Virus record (IMG/VR): IMGVR_UViG_3300046320_000024
Strand: one strand, 5' to 3'
From: an uncultured virus (IMG/VR IMGVR_UViG_3300046320_000024)
Taxonomy: Duplodnaviria > Heunggongvirae > Uroviricota > Caudoviricetes
Length of the DNA: 20,000 nucleotides
Numbering within the stretch: position 1 is the stretch's first letter; each line of letters begins with the position of its first letter. Made by a program: the position numbers and the translations under genes. Shown piece after piece: positions 16,395 through 20,000 of the stretch. A model generated the notes under the pieces. It was not told the origin of the DNA. It did not search any database and was given only the letters and a program-made list of their open reading frames with translations.

Positions 16395-17748
16395 TGAGAA
16401 CTACTGTCGAAAAGTAATTCCGTTTCTTAAGCATGAGTATTTTAGCGAGAGAAAAGAGTCAGTTGTAATTAGAGAGATTTCAGAATTCTTTACGAAGTAT
16501 AACAAGCCAATCACAAAAGAGATTTTGGCGATTGAAGTAAGCAACCGTACAGACCTCAACGACAAAGAACTTGGCGAGGTTGGTACATTCCTTGACACTC
16601 TAGTTGACATTCCAACCAATGATGATTGGATGTTGGTCAACACAGAGAAGTTTTGTAAAGACAAGGCGGTGTATAATGCAATCCTTACGTCAATCAGAAT
16701 CCAAGAAGGTAGGGACAAGACTTACACCACTGACTCAATCCCTTCTATCCTTTCCGATGCTCTTGCTGTATCTTTCGACAATCATGTTGGTCATGATTAC
16801 ATTGATGACGCTAATTCTCGTTATGAGTTTTATCATCGCATTGAAGAGAAAATTGCATTCGACTTGGACTTGTTCAATAAGATTACCAAAGGTGGGCTGT
16901 CAAGAAAAACTCTAAACATCGTCCTTGCTGGTACTGGTGTTGGTAAGTCTTTGTTTATGTGTCACGTTGCTGCTGGTGCTCTAAGTGCTGGTCGAAATGT
17001 TTTATACATAACAATGGAAATGGCTGAAGAACGTATCGCTGAACGTATTGATGCGAACCTCTTGAACCTAACCATGGACGAGTTGAAGGTTGTTGACAAG
17101 GATATCTACGAATCCAGACTGGCTAAGTTGGCTAAGAAGACTCAAGGTAAGTTGATCATCAAAGAATATCCAACTGCTGGTGCCCACGCTGGACACTTTA
17201 GAGCATTGCTTGAAGAGTTGAAATTGAAACGAGAGTTTACTCCCGACATCATTATGATTGACTATCTGAACATCTGCGCTTCACAGCGTATGAAGCAAGG
17301 TGGCTCTGTTAACTCTTATACATATATTAAGGCAATCGCTGAAGAGTTGCGTGGTCTTGCAGTTGAGTATAATGTTCCGATTCTATCGGCTACTCAGACT
17401 ACTCGTTCAGGTTATACTAACAGCGATCCAGGGCTGGAAGATACCTCAGAATCTTTTGGTCTACCTGCCACTGCTGACTTTATGTTTGCGTTGGTGAGTA
17501 ATGAAGAACTAGAGCAATTGAATCAGATTATCGTTAAACAACTTAAGAATCGTTACAACGATCCAGGGTTTTACAAACGATTCATCATTGGTGTTGATCG
17601 AGCAAAGATGAAACTCTACGATGTAGAAGCATCGGCTCAAGAAGGACTGGCAGATGCTGGTCACATGAAGAACGATACACCGATGTTTGATAAGAGTGAT
17701 TTTGGTCAACGTGCTAAGGCTGAGAGTTTTGACGGTTGGAAATTTTAA
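16354..17748 (+). CDS. gp41: replicative DNA helicase (DnaB-like)
   Basis: LAGTGVGKS Walker A, ITMEMAEERIAERIDAN, IDYLNI, ATQTTRSG, SESFGLPATAD and KQLKNRY; start ATG 16354. Confidence 0.97.
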   Translation: MRLEQQILSRLIYDENYCRKVIPFLKHEYFSERKESVVIREISEFFTKYNKPITKEILAIEVSNRTDLNDKELGEVGTFLDTLVDIPTNDDWMLVNTEKFCKDKAVYNAILTSIRIQEGRDKTYTTDSIPSILSDALAVSFDNHVGHDYIDDANSRYEFYHRIEEKIAFDLDLFNKITKGGLSRKTLNIVLAGTGVGKSLFMCHVAAGALSAGRNVLYITMEMAEERIAERIDANLLNLTMDELKVVDKDIYESRLAKLAKKTQGKLIIKEYPTAGAHAGHFRALLEELKLKREFTPDIIMIDYLNICASQRMKQGGSVNSYTYIKAIAEELRGLAVEYNVPILSATQTTRSGYTNSDPGLEDTSESFGLPATADFMFALVSNEELEQLNQIIVKQLKNRYNDPGFYKRFIIGVDRAKMKLYDVEASAQEGLADAGHMKNDTPMFDKSDFGQRAKAESFDGWKF

Positions 17749-17757
17749 GGAAAGTAA

Positions 17758-19086
17758 ATGACTAAAATATTAGTAGCACCAATAAAGCATGATTGTTCTC
17801 ATATGCAAGGACAATTCCCTACAGAAAAAGATTATGATCTTCTTATTGAAGAAGACATGGATGTTTATATGCCAGAAATCCCAGGTCACCCTGAGATGAC
17901 TGGAACTGAAGAAAGAATTATCTTAAAGTTCCGTAAGAACTACTTCACTAAAGAACAGCAAGACCAAGCGTATGCTGGGCTTCGTGAAGCTGCAGTAGAA
18001 ACCCAGAACCGTGGTATGGCTGCTGGTCCACGTAATGAGAAGTTGGGTAATCGTGAATGGGTCACTGAGTATGAGTCAGACATTATTGAATACTTTTCAA
18101 ATCCAGGTGCCAATCTATATGGAGACGATCCAGTAGAAGATATTCGTGATAGCCACAAGGGTAAGAAAGATACCGCTTCTACACGTAACAACGTCTGGGG
18201 TATTCAGGCGGTAAAGAAGGATAACTTTGATTTTGAAACATGGGTAGATGCTACTAAGAACTTGTCAGACGATGACAAGAAGAAAGAAGTTGATCGTGTT
18301 GTTAAGAAGTATGTCTGCTCTACTACTTACGCCAATGGTGTTATGTCTGGTATCGCTGGTTGGTTCGATCGTTACCCACGCATCCCTTATGGTCGTGCAA
18401 CATCGTACACTCAACGTGAACCTGAAAAGTTTGCCATGGCGTTTCCATTCCTTCAATCTCTTGCCAAGGGTTTCAAGGACTTGTTGCCAAAACGATTCAC
18501 TGCACAAATGGAAGCTGCAAGTAAAGTTGATAGTGGCTTTTTAGTTCCAGGGACTCCATTCACTACTGTTACAGTAAACAAGACATTCCGCACAGCATGT
18601 CACTTTGACGCTGGTGATTTGACATCTGGTTTGAGTAACTTGCTTGTATTGTCCAACAATGGTAACTACTCTGGTTGTTATCTTGTGGCTCCTGAGTATC
18701 GTGTTGCAGTGAACGTGCGTCCAGGCGATCTCTTGTTGATTAATAATCACGAAGTTATGCACGGTAATACTGAAATCAAATTGCTTGATGAAGAAGCAGA
18801 ACGTGTTTCACTTGTTTGCTATTTCCGTGAGAAGATGCTTGAGCTTGGTTCTAAGCAATATGAAGACTGCCGATATGAGTATGTTGAGTCTCGTCGTTTG
18901 GACAAAGAACATCCAGGCCATAAGAATGAAGATGGCTCTGCCCGTCACTTGTGGAATGGTGTGAGCCAAGGTATGTGGGAAGATCAAGAATGGTACGACT
19001 ACTGCGAGCGTAAACTTGGTGCTGATGAACTTCAGAAGTATCACCCATTGTCTGTAAAATCTAATTCACTTGAAGGCTTTTTCTAA
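17758..19086 (+). CDS. TET/JBP-family 2OG-Fe(II) dioxygenase (putative 5-methylpyrimidine oxygenase)
   Basis: FTTVTVNKTFRTACHFDAGD (H282-x-D284), MHGNT (H335) and ERVSLVCYFRE (R349) fit the TET/JBP catalytic pattern; C-terminal SLEGFF. Confidence 0.8.
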   Translation: MTKILVAPIKHDCSHMQGQFPTEKDYDLLIEEDMDVYMPEIPGHPEMTGTEERIILKFRKNYFTKEQQDQAYAGLREAAVETQNRGMAAGPRNEKLGNREWVTEYESDIIEYFSNPGANLYGDDPVEDIRDSHKGKKDTASTRNNVWGIQAVKKDNFDFETWVDATKNLSDDDKKKEVDRVVKKYVCSTTYANGVMSGIAGWFDRYPRIPYGRATSYTQREPEKFAMAFPFLQSLAKGFKDLLPKRFTAQMEAASKVDSGFLVPGTPFTTVTVNKTFRTACHFDAGDLTSGLSNLLVLSNNGNYSGCYLVAPEYRVAVNVRPGDLLLINNHEVMHGNTEIKLLDEEAERVSLVCYFREKMLELGSKQYEDCRYEYVESRRLDKEHPGHKNEDGSARHLWNGVSQGMWEDQEWYDYCERKLGADELQKYHPLSVKSNSLEGFF

Positions 19087-19772
19087 TGTGTGCAGTTATC
19101 GGTGCTGTGATTAAAAAACCCACAGCAACCCACTTTGATATGATTAGAAGTGTATTCCACGAGTCTCGTATTCGTGGTTTACATGCGACTGGATTGTCCT
19201 ACCTCAAAGGTAGGACAATCCATACTTTTAAAGAACCTGTCCCAGCGGATGAGTTCAGAAAACTAGATGATTTAGAGGAGATGGTTGATGGTGATGGTAC
19301 TCTTTACCTTATTGGTCACTGTAGATATAGCACTAGCGATTTATTGTATAACCAGCCGATAGCAAATGCAACCACGTCAATTGTCCATAATGGTGTTATT
19401 ACTCAGCACGATCCTGCTGATTGGGAAGTCTTGCACGGATACGCATGCGAAGGTAAGAACGACACCGAACTCTTACTCCGTTCCCTCGCTGATTACAGCC
19501 CACTAGAACATTGGAAAGACGCAAGTCTTGCTGTTTGTGAGTTGCATACAGATAGAACCCTGCGAGCATATCGCAATGGCAAGCGTCCATTATACTTGAC
19601 AGTTTTGGATTCTGGGTGTATAATTACTTCTACGGCTAACGTTGCAAAACGTGCCAATTTAAACTATACAACTGTACCGCTGTCTATGAACATCTATCAT
19701 ACTATCGATGAACACTTGTCTCATCTTTTAGAGAAAGTAGACATCCAAGGTGCAGTGGATTATCAATTATGA
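19086..19772 (+). CDS. stand-alone class II glutamine amidotransferase / Ntn hydrolase
   Basis: N-terminal nucleophile MCAVIG, RGLHATG, GHCRYST, NQPI, VHNGVI and NDTE; 228 aa with no synthase domain. Confidence 0.85.
   Translation: MCAVIGAVIKKPTATHFDMIRSVFHESRIRGLHATGLSYLKGRTIHTFKEPVPADEFRKLDDLEEMVDGDGTLYLIGHCRYSTSDLLYNQPIANATTSIVHNGVITQHDPADWEVLHGYACEGKNDTELLLRSLADYSPLEHWKDASLAVCELHTDRTLRAYRNGKRPLYLTVLDSGCIITSTANVAKRANLNYTTVPLSMNIYHTIDEHLSHLLEKVDIQGAVDYQL
19596..19624 (+). promoter_or_regulatory. perfect sigma70 consensus promoter inside the amidotransferase gene
   Basis: TTGACA (19596-19601), 17 bp, TATAAT (19619-19624), about 145 nt before ORF 19769. Confidence 0.8.
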
Positions 19773-20000
19773 TTCTTGTAAACTCAACAAAAGTACAACA
19801 GCTTATCGAAAGCAGTCCAGCTGGTAAGAACACCAAGTTCTTATCGGCTGCACACTCATTGTGGACTCGTTTTCATAACTACGATAAGTCTCTGCCGATG
19901 GCTTATGAAGTCAACGGTGAAGTTGTTTCTTTAATCTTTGCTACATTTAATCGGGATGGATATGCTAACCTCTACGAAATCGTCACACTCGAAGGTCAAG
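19769..20000 (+). CDS. probable GNAT acetyltransferase (5' part, truncated by window end)
   Basis: Manual translation MILVNSTKVQQLIESSPAGKNTKFLSAAHSLWTRFHNYDKSLPMAYEVNGEVVSLIFATFNRDGYANLYEIVTLEGQ; ATGA overlap; strand pattern fits the lead-in to GNAT motif A, but the motif itself lies outside the window. Confidence 0.5.
   Translation, partial: MILVNSTKVQQLIESSPAGKNTKFLSAAHSLWTRFHNYDKSLPMAYEVNGEVVSLIFATFNRDGYANLYEIVTLEGQ

Noticed and set aside
16649..16677. TATAAT in gp41 as a promoter
   Set aside because: No acceptable -35 at 16-18 bp spacing
610..19590. Numerous minus-strand and alternate-frame ORFs in the track (e.g. 8725-9144, 9432-9881, 10719-11081, 15008-15376)
   Set aside because: They lie within well-supported + strand genes, lack SD sequences and recognisable motifs, and look like shadow ORFs
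1..20000. Stop-codon reassignment, CRISPR array, tRNA or rRNA genes
   Set aside because: Core genes are full length in the standard code, and no repeat-spacer array or RNA gene was seen in the few short intergenic gaps

Overview
A 20 kb segment of a T4-like (Tevenvirinae-related, probably aquatic) myophage genome covering the DNA replication module. Core genes appear in T4 order on the + strand: gp45 clamp, gp44/gp62 clamp loader, regA, gp43 polymerase, uvsX, a gp40-position ORF and gp41 helicase, with DNA ligase and a DexA-like exonuclease lying between regA and gp43. Accessory genes are interleaved: a partial DUF5664-type dNTP diphosphohydrolase, a flavin-dependent halogenase between gp45 and gp44, hsp20 with a structured ROSE-like leader, a GNAT, a SutA-like mini-protein, a minus-strand GIY-YIG-like homing endonuclease, an AspH-type hydroxylase and a thioredoxin. 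The strongest candidate for a new system follows gp41. It is a translationally coupled trio of a TET/JBP-type 2OG-Fe(II) dioxygenase, a stand-alone class II glutamine amidotransferase/Ntn hydrolase and a probable GNAT. The dioxygenase ends in the same clamp-binding-type tail as the polymerase (SLEGFF vs SLEDFF). Together these suggest a replisome-tethered DNA base hypermodification pathway that continues beyond the window. All calls come from motif recognition by eye; no database searches were run.
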